DNA of 64,000 nucleotides from Chiloscyllium plagiosum (taxonomy: Eukaryota), in assembly GCF_004010195.1 (NCBI RefSeq), contig NC_057751.1:7716137-7780136 (forward strand), written 5' to 3'. Numbering within the stretch: the stretch's first letter is position 1; each line of letters opens with the position of its first letter. This document shows, piece by piece, positions 13,572 to 26,932 of this stretch. The position numbers and the translations under genes were made by a program. The notes under the pieces are model-generated. The model saw nothing but the letters and a program-made list of their open reading frames with translations. It was not told where the DNA came from and did no database searches.

Positions 13572-15308
13572 GCCACTGGAAATGGGGGAGGTACTAAATG
13601 AGTATTTTGCATCAGTGTTTCCTGTGGAGCACATGGAAGATACAGAATGTGGGGAAATAGATGGTGACATCTTGAAAAATGTCCGTATTACAGAGGAGCA
13701 GGTACTGGATGTCTTGAAATGCATAAAAGTAGTTAAATCTCCAGGACCTGATCAGGTGTACCCTAGAACTCTGTGGGAAGATAGGGAAGTGATTGCAGGG
13801 CCTCTTGCTGAGATACTTGTATCATCGATAGTCACAGGTGAGGTGCCGGAAGACTGGAGATTGGCTAACATGGTACCAGTATTTAAGAAAGGTGATAAAG
13901 ATAAGCCAGGGAACTATAGACCAGTGAGCCTGACGTCGGTGGTAGACAAGATGTTGGAGGGAATTCTGAGGGACAGGATTTACATGCACTTGGAAAGGCA
14001 AGGACTGTTTCAGAGATTCAACATGGCTTTGTGTGATGGCTGTGTGTGTGAGAAATCATGTCTCACTAAATTGATTTTTTTTGAAGAGGATTGACGAGGG
14101 CAGAAAGGTGAATGTGATCTATATGGACTTCAGTAAGGTATTCGACAAGGTTCCTCGTGGTAGATTGGTTAGAAGGATTAGATCTAATGGAATACAGGGA
14201 GAGCTAGCATTAGGATACAGAACTGGCTCAAAGGTAGAAGACAGAGGGTGGCGGTGGAAAGTTGCTTTTCAGACTGGAGGTCTGTGACCAGTGGAGTGCC
14301 ACAAGGATCGGTGCTGGGTCCACTGTTTGTTTTATCATTTATATAAATGATTTGGATGCGAACATAGGAGGTACGGTTAGTAAGTTTGTAGATGACACCA
14401 AAATTGGAAGTGTAGTGGACAGCGAAGAAGGTTACTTCACGTTACAACAGGATCTTGATCAGATGGGCCAATGGCCTGATGAGTGACAGATGGAGTTTAA
14501 TTTAGACAGATGTGAGGGCTGCTTCTTGGAAAGGCAAATCAAGGCAGGACTTATACACTTTACGGTAAGGTCCTGCGGAGTGTGGCTAAACAAAGAGACC
14601 TTGGAGTGCAGGTTCACAGCTCCTTGAAAGTGGAGTCGCAGATAGATAGGATAGTGAAGGCGGCGTTTGGTATGCTTTCCTTTATTGGTCAGAGTATTGA
14701 GTACAGGAGTTAGTAGGTCATGTAGTGGCTGTACAGGACATTCGTTAGGACAATTTTGGAATAGTGTGTGCAATTCTGGTCTCCTTCCTATTTGGAAGGA
14801 TGTTGTGAAACCTGAAAGGATTCAGAGAAGATTTACAAGGATATTGCCAGTGTTGGAGGATTTGAGCTACAGGGAGATGCTGAATAGGCTGGGGCTGTTT
14901 TCACTGGAGCATCAGAGGCTGTGGGGTGACCTTAGAGAGGTTTATAAAATTATGAGGGGCGTGGATAGGATAAATAGACAAGGTCTTTTCCTTGTGGTGG
15001 GGGAGTCCAGAACGAGAGGGTATAGGTTGAGCCTAAGAAGGGAGAGACCAAAAAAGAACCTAAATGGCAACTTTTTCATGCAGAGGTTGGTGCATGTATG
15101 GAATGACTTGCCAGAGGAAGTGGTGGCAGCTAGTACAATTACAACATTTAAAAGACATCTGGATGGATACATGAATAGAAAGAGGGCAGAGGGAGTTGGG
15201 CCAAGTGCTGGCAAATGAGACTAGATTAATTTAGGATTCCTGATTGGTATGAATGAGTTGGACTGAAGAGTCTGTTTCTGTGCTATTCATCTCTGTGACA
15301 GTATGACT
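13572..15308 (+). mobile_element. CR1/HER1-like LINE nested in an older antisense CR1
   Basis: LNEYFASVF, SPGPDQVYPR, NYRPVSLTS, KFVDDTK; frameshifts; 3' tail. Confidence 0.93.
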
Positions 15309-15645
15309 CAGTCCCGAATGGCTCACTCCTTATTCTCAGATTGTGACCCCCTAGTTCTGGGTTTCCCTAACATTAGGAACATTCTTCCCATATCTAGCCT
15401 GTCTAGTCCCATCAGGATTTGATGTGTCTCTGAGATCTCCCCGTATTCTTCTGAATTCCAGTGAGTACAAGCCCAGTCGTCCCTCCTATGTCAGTCCTGC
15501 CATCCCAGGAATCAGTCTTGGTGAACCTTTACTGGACTTGCTCAATAGCAAGAATGTTCTTCCTCAGACAAAGAGACCAAAAGTGCACACAACACTCAAG
15601 GTGTGGCCTCACCAAAACCTGCAGCAAGACATCCCTACTCCTATC
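15309..15645 (-). mobile_element. Remainder of the interrupted CR1
   Basis: Resumes the CR1 sequence broken at 13571. Confidence 0.75.
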
Positions 15646-16869
15646 CTAAATTTTGATTGGCGGTGCTCATTTTCAGAAGTACCTTGGAACATCTGATGGC
15701 CTTCAACATTCCAGGCAAATGTAGCTGCTGCTGTGCCCCTTTCTTTGACTACTCCACTCTTGAACGTGGCCTGTTTCGTGCCACCAGGGGTGCCGACTGT
15801 AACTGGCCATGAGGAGGTGGAAGAGAGCTCCAAGTACAACTTTTCCCTGAGGTCCAATTAATTAAGCTAGGTGAGAGTGGAAGGGAGAGATGGATGTCCC
15901 CATTAACATTTGTAATCTGCATCGCTATCATGTTGTGAAGAACCCACCAGTCGCAGTTAATTAAAGCAGCTCCACTGCCAATTAACAAGCTCAATTAAAA
16001 AGAGATTTGCACATGGCACTCTCGTGCGCTTGCTTTATAAATCACCCAAAACTCTAATTACGTGACTGGGAAAAGATACACGCCTTGCATCTGAGATGCA
16101 GTCTATTTTCTCTCCTCCTCGTGAAGGAAGCAGTTCCATTACTGTCACTGCATTCCAACCCAAGAACAGCCAATTCAAATTCCTGCCCATGCTTCCACCA
16201 CTTGGCTTGCATGATGAAGCCCCGGTCCATCTTGGCCAGCCACAGATCAATGCTTTAAGCAGGCCTACCCATCACTTTACGACTGCACGTCGCTCTCATC
16301 ATAGTGGATGGAAAGAACTTCAAGAGAAAGAAACCTACAACTGTCATGCCTTTCCTAACTTACATGTGGTTTTTATGATTTTCCAATAAAAATGGGGATA
16401 GGCTCAGCACAGAACCAAGGTTTCTGTCTATTCTGTCTGGAATCACCTCCAGTCCAGACTTTCTGGTTTCCCTCATTGTAGCGGGACCCTGCAAATGTTC
16501 ATGAGGTTCTTTAAGCACCAAATCCTGGGGAACACAAGCAGACCAAAGACATCGCGTGCCACAGTTGAAAGTTCCTGCCAATAACAGATTGAGTGTTCAG
16601 ATTTTTGATCATGAATCAAAGGCTCAGGTCACAAGTTCTCCATTTTGCATCAGTCAAGCTCCAAGAAATACAAGCCATTCACGGCAGACAAAACAGGGCA
16701 TTGGGTTACAGAAGTTCAACACATCACCCTGCACACATGCCACTCCTTCTCACCTCTCAAGTCCTTCTCATTCTAGAAATTCACCTCTGTGTTGCCAGCT
16801 GTTATCTGTGTCAATGGACTTACTTGGAAAACAAATTCCCAACTCTCTCCGCTTGTGAGAAGTGTTTTA

Positions 16870-17300
16870 GGGATTGAGAGGGGAAAGATTTAAAAGGGAC
16901 CCAAGGGGCAACTTTTTCATGCAGAGGGTGGTGCGTGTCTGGAATGAGCTGCCACAGGAATTGGTGGAGGCTGGTACAATTACAATATTTAAAAGGCACC
17001 TGAATGAGTTTGGAGAAGATTCGTAGCTTAGGTTGAGGTTCTGGATTTAAGTTTGCTCGTTGAGCTGGAAGGTTAGTTTTCAGACGTTTCATCACTGTAC
17101 TAGGCATGGAGACGAAATGTCTGAATATGAACCTTCCAGCTCAGTGAGCGAACTTAATCCAGCATCTGAATGAATAAGAAGGGTTTAGAGGGATATGGAC
17201 CAAATGCTGGCAAATGGGACTTGATTAATTTGAGGTATCTGGTCGGCATGACGAATTGGACCAAAGGGTCTGTTTCCGCGCAGTTCGTTTTTCTGACTCT
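16870..17300 (+). mobile_element. CR1 3' end interrupted by a palindromic insert
   Basis: GNFFMQRVVRVWNELP-type sequence then 3' UTR. Confidence 0.8.
17008..17161. mobile_element. Palindromic insert, probably PLE-tail derived (family D)
   Basis: taagtttgctcgttgagctggaaggttagttttcagacgtttc is mirrored by gaaatgtctgaatatgaaccttccagctcagtgagcgaactta. Confidence 0.6.
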
Positions 17301-18160
17301 AAATATATAAGAGCCCAGAAAAACACAGTTTTGTTTCAATGGGTCCAAGCTTGGGATTGGTGTTTTGCTGAGCCTCGCTCTTACTTCTTCTTCTTTATCT
17401 CAGTCCATGAAGACGTCCCTCTATTCCTTTCTCTCCCATGTATTTATCCGGCTTCCTTCCAAATATTCATTTTGTGAGAGAGGCCTGAAATTGCACCTGG
17501 ATCTGCTCGCATCTCCTTTGGGGTTAGACAGGCTGTTATCAACCATTCTTCTGACATGAATTGGCAGCGCTTAAAAGTATAAAACATGGAAGGATTAAGC
17601 CGAAGAAGTACATACCTAATGAGTAAGAGGCAACCTATTGTGAAATCGTAAGTTAACAGGTTGCATTAGGTTAAGACTGAGTAACCCTATTACATTGGGT
17701 AACAGACAAGGGAAGACTGGACCAACACAAGTAACATGGTTTTTCACAGTAGAATAAAGACTAAAAGATGACAACAAATATAACAGACAACTAAAGTGAA
17801 TAAACTCCTACCAGAGGCAGTCATCCAGTAGCTTGGACCTATAAGAAGTGACGGGTTTTGAAGTACGAAAGGTTTTTTTTTAAAACAAGAAAGACTCTGC
17901 GGCGATTCGACAGGTTAGTTGCAGAAAGGTTGTGTCACCATGTGAGAGAGTCTTGGACCAGAGGGTATGATCCTAGAATAAGGTGTTGCATGTTTAAGGC
18001 AAAGATGAGAATGAGTTTCCTCTCTTGGAGGGTCGTGAATCTGTGGAATTTTTTACCGCGCTGTATGGGCTGTGTGATGAAGTACATTCAAAGCTGAAAT
18101 CGGCAGACTTTTAATCAGCAAAGTCACGGGGAAAAGGCAGGAAAGTAGGGTTGAGGATTA

Positions 18161-18457
18161 CGGGCGGCACGGTGCCTCACAGCGCCAGAGACCCGGGTTC
18201 AATTCCCGCCTCCGGCGACTGACTGTGTGGAGTTTGCACGTTCTCCCCGTGTCTGCGTGGGTTTCCTCCGGGTGCTCCGGTTTCCTCCCACAGTCCAAAG
18301 ATGTGCAGGGTCAGGTGAATTGGCCATACTAAATTGCCTGTAGTGTTAGGTAAGGGGTAAATGTAGGGAATGGGGTGGGTTTCGCTTCGGTGGGTCGGTG
18401 TGGACTTGTTGGGCCGAAGGGCCTGTTTCCACACTGTAATCTAATCTAAAAAAAAAA
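18161..18457 (+). mobile_element. HE1-like V-SINE nested in a CR1 3' end (17830-18535)
   Basis: B box gggttcaattcc, V-domain ccccgtgtctgcgtgggtttcctccggg, tail gggccgaagggcctgtttcc, A-run. Confidence 0.9.
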
Positions 18458-19219
18458 TTATCACATCAGCCATGATCTCATTGAATAACAGAGAAGGCTT
18501 GATAGTTCAAATGATGGCGCTTCACATTATGGTCTGATCTCAGTGGGCAGACCTATATAATTTCTCAATGTTAACACCTGCCGGCCATTTGTCTAGTACA
18601 GCATTATCACTTATTCACTCAGAAGGTGTTGGTGTTGCAGGCTAGGACAATATTTACTGCCCATCCCCGATTGCCCTTGAAAAAGTGTTGGCAAGCCTTC
18701 TTGAACTGCTGGAGTTCATTAGGTGTATTTAGAGGCACAACATCATGAGGGAGGGAATTCCAGGACTTGGACCCACTGACACGGGAGGAACAGCGATACA
18801 TTTCAAAGTCAGGACGGTGAGCGGTGGGTGGCGGTTTCAAGATGGCTGTGGTTGAGGTTTTGGAAGGTGGTGTTGAAAGAACCGTGAACTTCTACAGGAC
18901 CGCTTGTAGACGGCACACAGTAGTGCTGCCAAGCTTTAGAGATGGAGGGAGTGGAAGTTTGTGCATGGACTGCAGAGCTTAAATCTTAATTTTTCCCTGT
19001 TTATTACTTGCTGCTCATGTTGTTTGGAATGTGAGTGGTCCTGTGTTGTTTTCTCATCTCTCATTCAGCAAGTTCCAAACTCTCACCGATTGAAGAGGTT
19101 TCTCCTGAATTCCGAATAGGGTTCATTTGTAACTGTCCTACACTTGTGGCCCCTGGGTCTGTCCTTTCCAGCAATGACACCCACATTGGTGGTATCACGG
19201 TTAGTAAAGTTCTAAGATC

Positions 19220-20040
19220 AACTAGGCCAATGAGCTGACAGATGTAGTTTGATTTGGATGAATGCATTTTCGTAATACAAATAAGAGCAGAACTTGTACA
19301 ATTAATGGTTGGACCCTTGGAGTCTTGTCGAACAGAGAGACCTCAGGATTCAGGTACATAATTCTTTGCAATGTGCATCACAGATAGAAAGGGTGGTTAA
19401 GAAGGCATTTAGCACGCTTACCTTAATTCCTTAGACCTTTGAGTATCAGAGTTTGGACATCTTGTTGAGGTTATACAGGATATTTGTAAGGTCTCTTCTG
19501 GAGTACTGTGTGCAGTTCTGGTCACCTTGTTACAGGAAGGATATTATTAGACTAGAGAAGGTTCAGAAAAGATTTACCAGGATGTTGCCAGGAATGGAAG
19601 GTTTGAGATATAAAAATAGACTGGAAAGACTGTGACTTTTCTCATTGGAGCACAGGAGGTTGAGGGCTGACCTTACTGAGGTTTAGAAAATCAACAGGGG
19701 TGTACATAATATGAGTGACAAGGGTGTATTCCTTAGCATGGGCGAGTTCAAAACCAGGGGGCATATTTTTAAGATGAGAGAAGAAAGATTTAAATAGGAC
19801 ATTTAGTTTAGGGACAACTTTTTTCACACAGATAGCGTCTTGTGTGTGGAATGAACTTCCAGAGGAAGTGGTGGATGTGGGCACAGTTATGATGTTTAGA
19901 AGACATTTAGTTGAGTACATGAACAGGAAAGGTTTGGAGGGACATGGGCCAAGTGTAGGCTGGTAAGACTAGTTTAGTTTGGGATGATGGTCGTCACGGA
20001 CTGGTTGGACCGAGGGTCTGTTTCTGTGCTGTATGACTCA
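19220..20040 (+). mobile_element. CR1 3' fragment
   Basis: LEYCVQFWSPCYRKDI..LEKVQKRFTRMLPG. Confidence 0.9.
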
Positions 20041-20050
20041 ATAAATGGAA

Positions 20051-20222
20051 AGTTAAAAATCACACAACACCAGGTTATAGTCCAACAGGTTTACTTGGAA
20101 GCACTTGCTTTCAGCAGCGCTCCAAAAGGTAGTGCTTCCAAATAAACCTGGTGGACTATAATCTGGTGTTGTGTTATTTTTAACTTTGTACACCCCAGTC
20201 CAACGCCGACGTCTCCAAATCA
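20051..20222. mobile_element. Palindromic PLE-tail mini-element (family A)
   Basis: Two inverted ~60-bp arms; perfect 13-bp TSD TCAATAAATGGAA at 20038-20050 and 20223-20235. Confidence 0.8.
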
Positions 20223-21977
20223 TCAATAAATGGAAGCTTCAATTTGATGACCCTTCCATTCCTGCTGATTACATTCTTAAAGTGTGCTATGAGCTCACTC
20301 CTTACTTCTTGGACAAACGTACACCATTTGCCTGATATACCCTCTATTTTCCCATTTCAATTTCTATTGGCATTCCCTCTTTGCCTGTGCAAACAACTCA
20401 CATAGTTAATCGATTTATTTCAGGATTTTGAATACTTCATTTGGTAGAATAAAAAAAAGTCCTCCTTTTCTAAGGGGGGAATCAAATTCTTCAACCTCTC
20501 ATGAAAATCTAAGATTCCCAGGATCTGGTGGTGCATATCTTTTCAATTTTTGTTGCATCCAAAGTTATTGCTTCCTATCATGAATCTGCCAGAATCCCAC
20601 CAGTGAATTAAACACTCACGTTTGCAACAGGGTCTTCAAAGCTGGTGGCAGTGAATTCTCTCGCTTTTCGTTATAAGAACAGGAGTAAGCCATTTAGCCC
20701 CTCGAGCATGGTTGATCAGTGGCCTCATCCCGTAGGTCTGTCTTTGGACCATGTCCCTTAACAGCTTTGCTCAACCATAAATTATCAACCTCAGATTGAA
20801 AATTAACAACTGAGATACTGTTTGGCGTGCAGGAAATTATGGTAAATAATGAACACACATGACCTCACTCATGGCACTGAGGTTGCAAGGAGACCATTTC
20901 ATTCCAAGTCATGTAGTTTGAGGAATAGCTATTGATCAGGATTCCTAATGGGATTGCCAAGACCTGACATGAAACAATGCCAAGAGACATTTCCCATAGA
21001 CCTCAGAGGGCACAGGAATAGCATCTTATGCCAACTCCAGTTGGTAATATAACCAATGTAAATGCAATGTATTTTTGTGTTCTCTACACTCCCTGGATAC
21101 TCGTTTTGTGAAAATCTCAAGACCCATTGCTGGTCTTCAGCTCGATTACCCATACCTTCAGAGGTGTGGAACTCTGAAACTCCTTCCTTGGTCGTTCAAC
21201 TTTGAAGGCTTTTACAAAATCAGAAGAGAATCCAGACTTGCTCTTGTTCAGAGCCTTGGGATATTGTTACTCTAAAGGCACTTGATTAATCAAGTTGGCA
21301 GAATCTGTGCCCACCTTATCTCCAAGCTTGTCTGCAATGCATTTTTAGCTCACACTTTGAAGTCAAACAGATGGGATATTCTTTGTGCAGCCATTCAGAT
21401 GCATGTACTGGTTGATAATCACGCTGCAATTTTCATTAGATCTGACACCAAAAAAATAAATCTTTTATATTTGTGACATACTCCAGAAAATACAACACTG
21501 TCCAAGAAAAGATTCTAACCTGTTTTGCATCCATGCATTGCCAATTTCCCTCCTGCATTCTGGTAGTGGGACAACATAACAATGGTTCAGTGTGGGTGGA
21601 CTTCTTTGTCAATGATGTCAATGTTACGCAAAAGCTCAGCAGGTCTGGCAGTATCTGTGGAGAGAAAACAGAGTTAATGTTGAGGGCCCAGTGACCATTC
21701 TAAATAAGATTGAGCTGTTTTCCAGCAACTTCTCATGTTATATCAAGTCTTTAATTGGTATTAAATTCACTCTGCACCAAGGGCAACCATCAGAGATATA
21801 AATCCTGATCGATTTTCCAACAGCTAACTTATAGATACAATTCCACAAAACCGTGAGTAACTAACTTAGCACAATGTGGGCAAAGTACACAAGATTTTTC
21901 ATGTCAGTCTGGCTGATGTCTACACTGGTCAGATCATTTATCATCTGGAATCTTCTGATTTTCATAACTCATTGCTT

Positions 21978-22225
21978 CAGATGTGGAGGAGCCAGTGTTG
22001 GACTAGGCTCGATGAAGTTAAAAATCACATAACACCAGGTTATAGTCCAACAGGTTTATTTGGAAGCACTAGCTTTTGAAGCGCTGCTCTTTTATCAGAT
22101 ATCTGTGAAGCAAGATCATAAGACACAGAATTTATAGCAAAAGGTTACAGTGACATGCAACTGAAATGATATATTGAACAGCAACCAGGTTTGTTCAATA
22201 TATCGTTTCAGAAACATGACACTGT
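21978..22225 (-). mobile_element. PLE tail (family A) with degenerate hammerhead and short terminal inversion
   Basis: Reverse of the 100-310 sequence; 22148-22180 is mirrored at 22192-22225. Confidence 0.7.
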
Positions 22226-22229
22226 TGTG

Positions 22230-22510
22230 TCACACATGAGACTGTCAGTGCAGAGTTTGCACACTCTTACCCCTTCCTACATGCGTCCCTCTCCGGGTGC
22301 TCGTGTCCACCCACAGTCCAAAGATGTGCGGTTTAGTTGGATTGGCCATATTAAATTGCTTGCAGTGTTAGGAATGTACAGGCGAAGTGGATTAGCCATG
22401 GGAAATGCAGGGATAGGGTAGTGGGCTGAGTCTGAGTGGGATGCTCTTCGGAAGGTCAGTGTTGGCCCGATGGGCTGAATGGCCTGTTTCCACACTGTCG
22501 GGATTCTAAC
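22230..22510 (+). mobile_element. HE1-like SINE, 5'-truncated
   Basis: cccacagtccaaagatgtgc and tail ggcctgtttccacactgt. Confidence 0.8.
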
Positions 22511-23370
22511 AGGCATTAGGCAGAGAGAATTCTGAAGATTCACCAGCCTCTGAGTGAGAAGAGTCTTCCCTATCTCAGTCCTAAGTGGGCCCATACCTTT
22601 TTCTGCATTCAGCTCCCTTGGAGCTACACATACTCCCTTGTCCCATTACCCCGTTTCTTCCCCAACCCCCTTGCCTCTGGTCAGGGTAAGCATATTCCCC
22701 ACCTCTATGTCCACCATTCATCTGACCTTTGAACATGGCAGGCCGTTCGGCCCACTGTGCCCATGCAAGGTGCTTTGAGGGATCTGTCCAAATTAGTGCT
22801 GTACCTTCCATCCACGAACTCAAGGTTCTGCATGTGATTGCTTCCCACAAGTTATTTCCAAGGTTTCACATCTGAGGAGCCTAGGGGATGAATCAGTTGC
22901 GCTCAGTAAGGTTTGACACTAGCCGTGGAGGTTTTTGTGATGTGGAAAAGGAATTGGCAAACACTTTTCTCTTTGGCACCACAAGTGTGAAAGCAAGAAT
23001 GCTCAAAGAATAATGAAAACTTGTGATATTGAGCCCTGACAATAAATAGCAGTGATGCTGTGTGAACTCTAATTGCTGTAGGTGATACCACCAGCAACCT
23101 TGAACTCAGCAGTCACTGAGTCTGGTTTGGCACTGCTCCCATGACAGCTCTTATTTCGGAGGACTTGAGACTCTGCAATTCGATAGAGGATGTGAGGAAA
23201 TACTAAATCACAGTTTGGATGGTGACAACAAAACAACTTGTGTTTACATAGCTCCTATAAACCTAGTAAAAAGTCCCAAGGGCCTCCCTTCACAGGACAG
23301 CGAGATGCAAACTAAATCTGATACTCCAATAGATAAGGAAATATGAGAGCATCAGTACTGAGAAGCTCAG

Positions 23371-23967
23371 TGTGATGATTCTTCTCCTTTAACAAGGTTA
23401 CAATGTCCTTGGCTTTTCTCAAAAGGGGTCGTAAAGGTAAAGGTCCTGATACGCCTGGAAATATCTACTTGAAAAAGCTTTAAGTTTTTTTTAAACACTT
23501 GGACAATGAAGGGAGAGTGGCCAGTTCTCCCAGCTCAGGGTTTGTTTTTAGCGAACTGTCTGTTTGAAGCTGCTGGTCAAGTTTTTTCGCTGGGGACCCA
23601 GAGAAACAGGTCCACGCTGATTCTCTCTCTCCCTCTCCCTTTCTCTGAGATCTCTCTCCTATAAAAACCTCTGTTTATTTACATTTTTGCCAAGGGGCGC
23701 GTTCACGGGATGTTGCAGAAATCAGAACAGCAGTTTGTTAAGTTATGTTTTTTATGTCGGTTGCGTTTTCAAATTGTTATATTATTCTAAATTTGTTTTT
23801 TTTTGTTCAAGTGTATATAAATTCTGTTTTCTTTGAAATTGAGTGGCTGGGCCAATGGCATCGCTCCTGGAATATCCACTTTACACCTGCTTGAAACAAC
23901 TAGAAAGGTTAGGATCTGGGCTACCTTCTGAAAATGTTTTGAGGGGGATCTGGCCTGGTCCGTTACG
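23371..23967 (+). mobile_element. Solo LTR (second family)
   Basis: TGTGATGA...CGTTACG bounded by 4-bp TSD TCAG (23367-23370 and 23968-23971). Confidence 0.65.
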
Positions 23968-24244
23968 TCAGTCAAAGAGGTAGATTATAATGAGCATCTT
24001 AAAGAAAAGGGGGAGGAGATAGAGAAGGAATTCTCAAGTTCCATGCTAAGACAGCTGAAGGCAAGTCTGCCAATAGTGAGGCCACAGGTGACAGAACAGG
24101 AGGAATTCAGGGCCTCAGAGACAGAAAGAGTACTGAGATTGGGACGGGGGTCACTGCAATGTAATGTTGCATTTCAGTGGAAAATAGGTAAGCACATGGT
24201 ACGGAAAGCACCACTGCTCAGAGAAGAGGTGGAGGCAGGTTCAA

Positions 24245-25050
24245 TTAGAGTCATAGAGATGAACAGCGTGGTCCAACCTGTCTGTGCTGACCAGATATCC
24301 TAAATTAATCAAGTTCCATTTGCCAGCAGTTGGTCTATTACCCTCTGAACCCTTCCTGCTTACATTCCCATCCAGATGCCTTTTATATATTGCAAGTGTA
24401 CCAGCTTCCACCACTCGGACAGCACGGTGGCTCAGTGGTTAGCCCTGCTGTCTCACAGTGCCAGGGACTCAGGTTTGTTTCCCTTCTCGGGCAACTATTT
24501 GTGTGGAGTTTACACATTATCCCTGTGTCTGTGTAGGTTTGCTCTGGTTTCCTCCCATAATCCAAAGATGTGCAAGTCAGGTGAATTGGCCATGCTAAAC
24601 TGCCCAAAGTGTTGGGTGCATTAGTCAGTGGTAAATGTAGGGAAATGGGTCTGATTGGGTTACTCTTTGGAGGGTTGGCGTGGACTTGTTGGGCCGAAAG
24701 GCCTGTTTCCGTAATGTAGGGAATCTAATCTAAACTTCCTCTGGCAGCTCATTCCATACATGCACCACCCTCTGCATGAAATAATTGCCCCTTGGATCCC
24801 TTTTATATCTTTCCCCTCTCTCCTCAAATCTATACTCTCGAGTTGTAAACTCCCCACTCCACGGAAAAGACCTTGTCTATTTATGGTATCCATGCCCTTC
24901 ATGGTTGTATAAACCTCTATAAAGTCACTCCTCAGCCTCCAATGCTCCAGGGAAAACAGCCTCAGCCTATTCGGCCTCCCCCTACAGCTCAAACCCTCCA
25001 ACCCTGGCAACATCCTTGTAAATCTTTTCTGAACCTTTCCAAGTTTCACA
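24245..25050 (-). mobile_element. CR1 3' fragment split by an HE1 SINE
   Basis: VKLGKVQKRFTRMLPGLEGL on the minus strand; continuous across 24416-24733. Confidence 0.85.
24416..24733 (+). mobile_element. HE1-like SINE
   Basis: gcacggtggctcagtggttag head, V-domain, tail. Confidence 0.88.
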
Positions 25051-26169
25051 ACACTGAAGCATTCAGGAGAGGCACTCAGTGGTTGGAGATTGACACTCAG
25101 CATTGGAACCAGAGCAGGCACAATGCACTGGGTGGCCCCTTCCTGTTCTGTAGCAATTCTGTCGTTGCATGAAATAATTTGGGAGCAAGGGTCTGAGCTG
25201 AACAAGCAAGCAGCAGTGTCATCATTTCGCCTTGCAAATCCCACAGCATGGAGGGACTTGAGATATTGATTGCGAGATAGAAAGAGAGAGAGAGTAACAA
25301 GGAGGGAGTGAGACAGACTGTGGAGAGGAAGAGAGTGTGAGAGGAGAGGGACAGAGATAAGAAGGGCTAGACAATGGGAGAAAATGAAAGAAACTGATTG
25401 AGTGTGACAAAGGGAGGGAGAGAGACATTTTTAGCCATCGAGTGGTGAGTCTATGGAATTCATTGCTGTGAAGGCCAGGAGATTGAGTATATTCAAGACT
25501 GAGATAGATAGGTTCTTGAGTATTAAGGGGATTAAGGGTTACGGGGAGAAAGCGGGAAAATGGGGTTGAGAAACTTATCAGCCATGATTGAATGACAGAG
25601 CATTCTGATTGGCCAAATGGCCTAATTTCTACTCCTATGTCTCATGGAACCCAAGGACACAGGGCTGACAACCAATTCGTCAAGTTCCTTGTCTTTCGGT
25701 GTCAAGTTGACACAAACATGGGGCAATGAAGTGGTCGAGTTTCGTGACTTTGTGCTATTGGTGCCCAGAGCAACCAGAATGCTCCTGGGCTGCAGTATGG
25801 TCATGAATGTGGCTGTCATTCGCAAACAGGAAAAGGTAACTGAGTTGCAGAATGGCGATGGCTCAGCAGGCGGCCTTGTGTACATGCAATGATCAATCCA
25901 CAAGGTCCACTTGGACGACGACTTTGCCTGGCCACCCCTCGCACGACCCATCTCATGGACCAGAAAATGAGCACTGGCTGGCATCCTGCCTGGCGGCAAA
26001 GACAGGACAGCTTATTCCCTTTCTTGCACAGTTGATGCAGCGCACATGCCAATCCCCACTTTGCCCCAACTGTCTCCCCATACAGGGTCTCTGAATCTTA
26101 CTTTGAGAGTCTGCCCACTGGAAAGCTGGCTGCTCATGGCTGAGTGAAGAGTGGCCCTTCAGTTTTAGA

Positions 26170-26502
26170 ATTGAATCCCTACAGTATGGAAACAGGCCAT
26201 TCGGTCCAAGCCTACACCGACCCTCCGAAGCGTAACCCACCCAGACCCATTCACTTACTCTATTAATCTACATTAGCCTGACTAATGCACCTAACCTTAC
26301 ACATCCCTGAACACAACTGGCAATTTAGCTTGGCCCGTTCACCTCCCCTGCACATCTCTGGATTGTGGGATGAAGACGGAGCATCCCCATACACAGACAC
26401 GGGGAGAATGTGCAAACTCCACACAGACAGTGGCCCAAGGCTGGAATTGAAATCGAGTCCCTGGCGCTGTGAGGCAGCAGTGCTAACCACTGAGCCACTG
26501 TG
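26170..26502 (-). mobile_element. HE1-like SINE
   Basis: Full head, V-domain and tail on the minus strand. Confidence 0.88.
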
Positions 26503-26604
26503 TTCTACCCCCAACTCCATACGTTTTAACATGGCTGGGGTCTCCAATCCCCACACTGAGCCGGGTCTCAAGCTGGTTTATCTCCAGGCAGAAACTCGAG
26601 GTGG

Positions 26605-26932
26605 GACGGCACTGCTCTCTCACAGCACCAGGGAACCTGGGTTCGATTCCAGCCTCGGACAACTATCTGTGTAGAGTTTGCACATTCTCCCCGTCTCTGC
26701 GCAAGTTTCCTCCGGGTGCTCTGGTTTTCTTCCACAATCCAAGGATGTGCAGGCGAGGTGCATTGGCCAAACTAAAATGCCCGTAATGTTCGGGGACATG
26801 CAGGCGTGGTGGATTAGCCAGGGTAAATGCCAGGTTATGGGGATAGGGTGAGGAAGGTCAAATGCTCTTCAGAGGGCCGGTGAGGACTTGATGGGCCGGA
26901 TGGTCTGCTTCCACGCTGTATTGATTCTATGA
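26605..26932 (+). mobile_element. HE1-like SINE
   Basis: gggttcgattcc B box, V-domain, tail. Confidence 0.85.

Noticed and set aside
18161..18457. SINE heads as functional tRNA genes
   Set aside because: A/B boxes run into V-domain and LINE-derived tails; no cloverleaf
26098..26140. Minus-strand gccATG...|GTAAG mini first exon (MSSQLSSGQTLK)
   Set aside because: Too short, next to a SINE, and no supporting downstream exon
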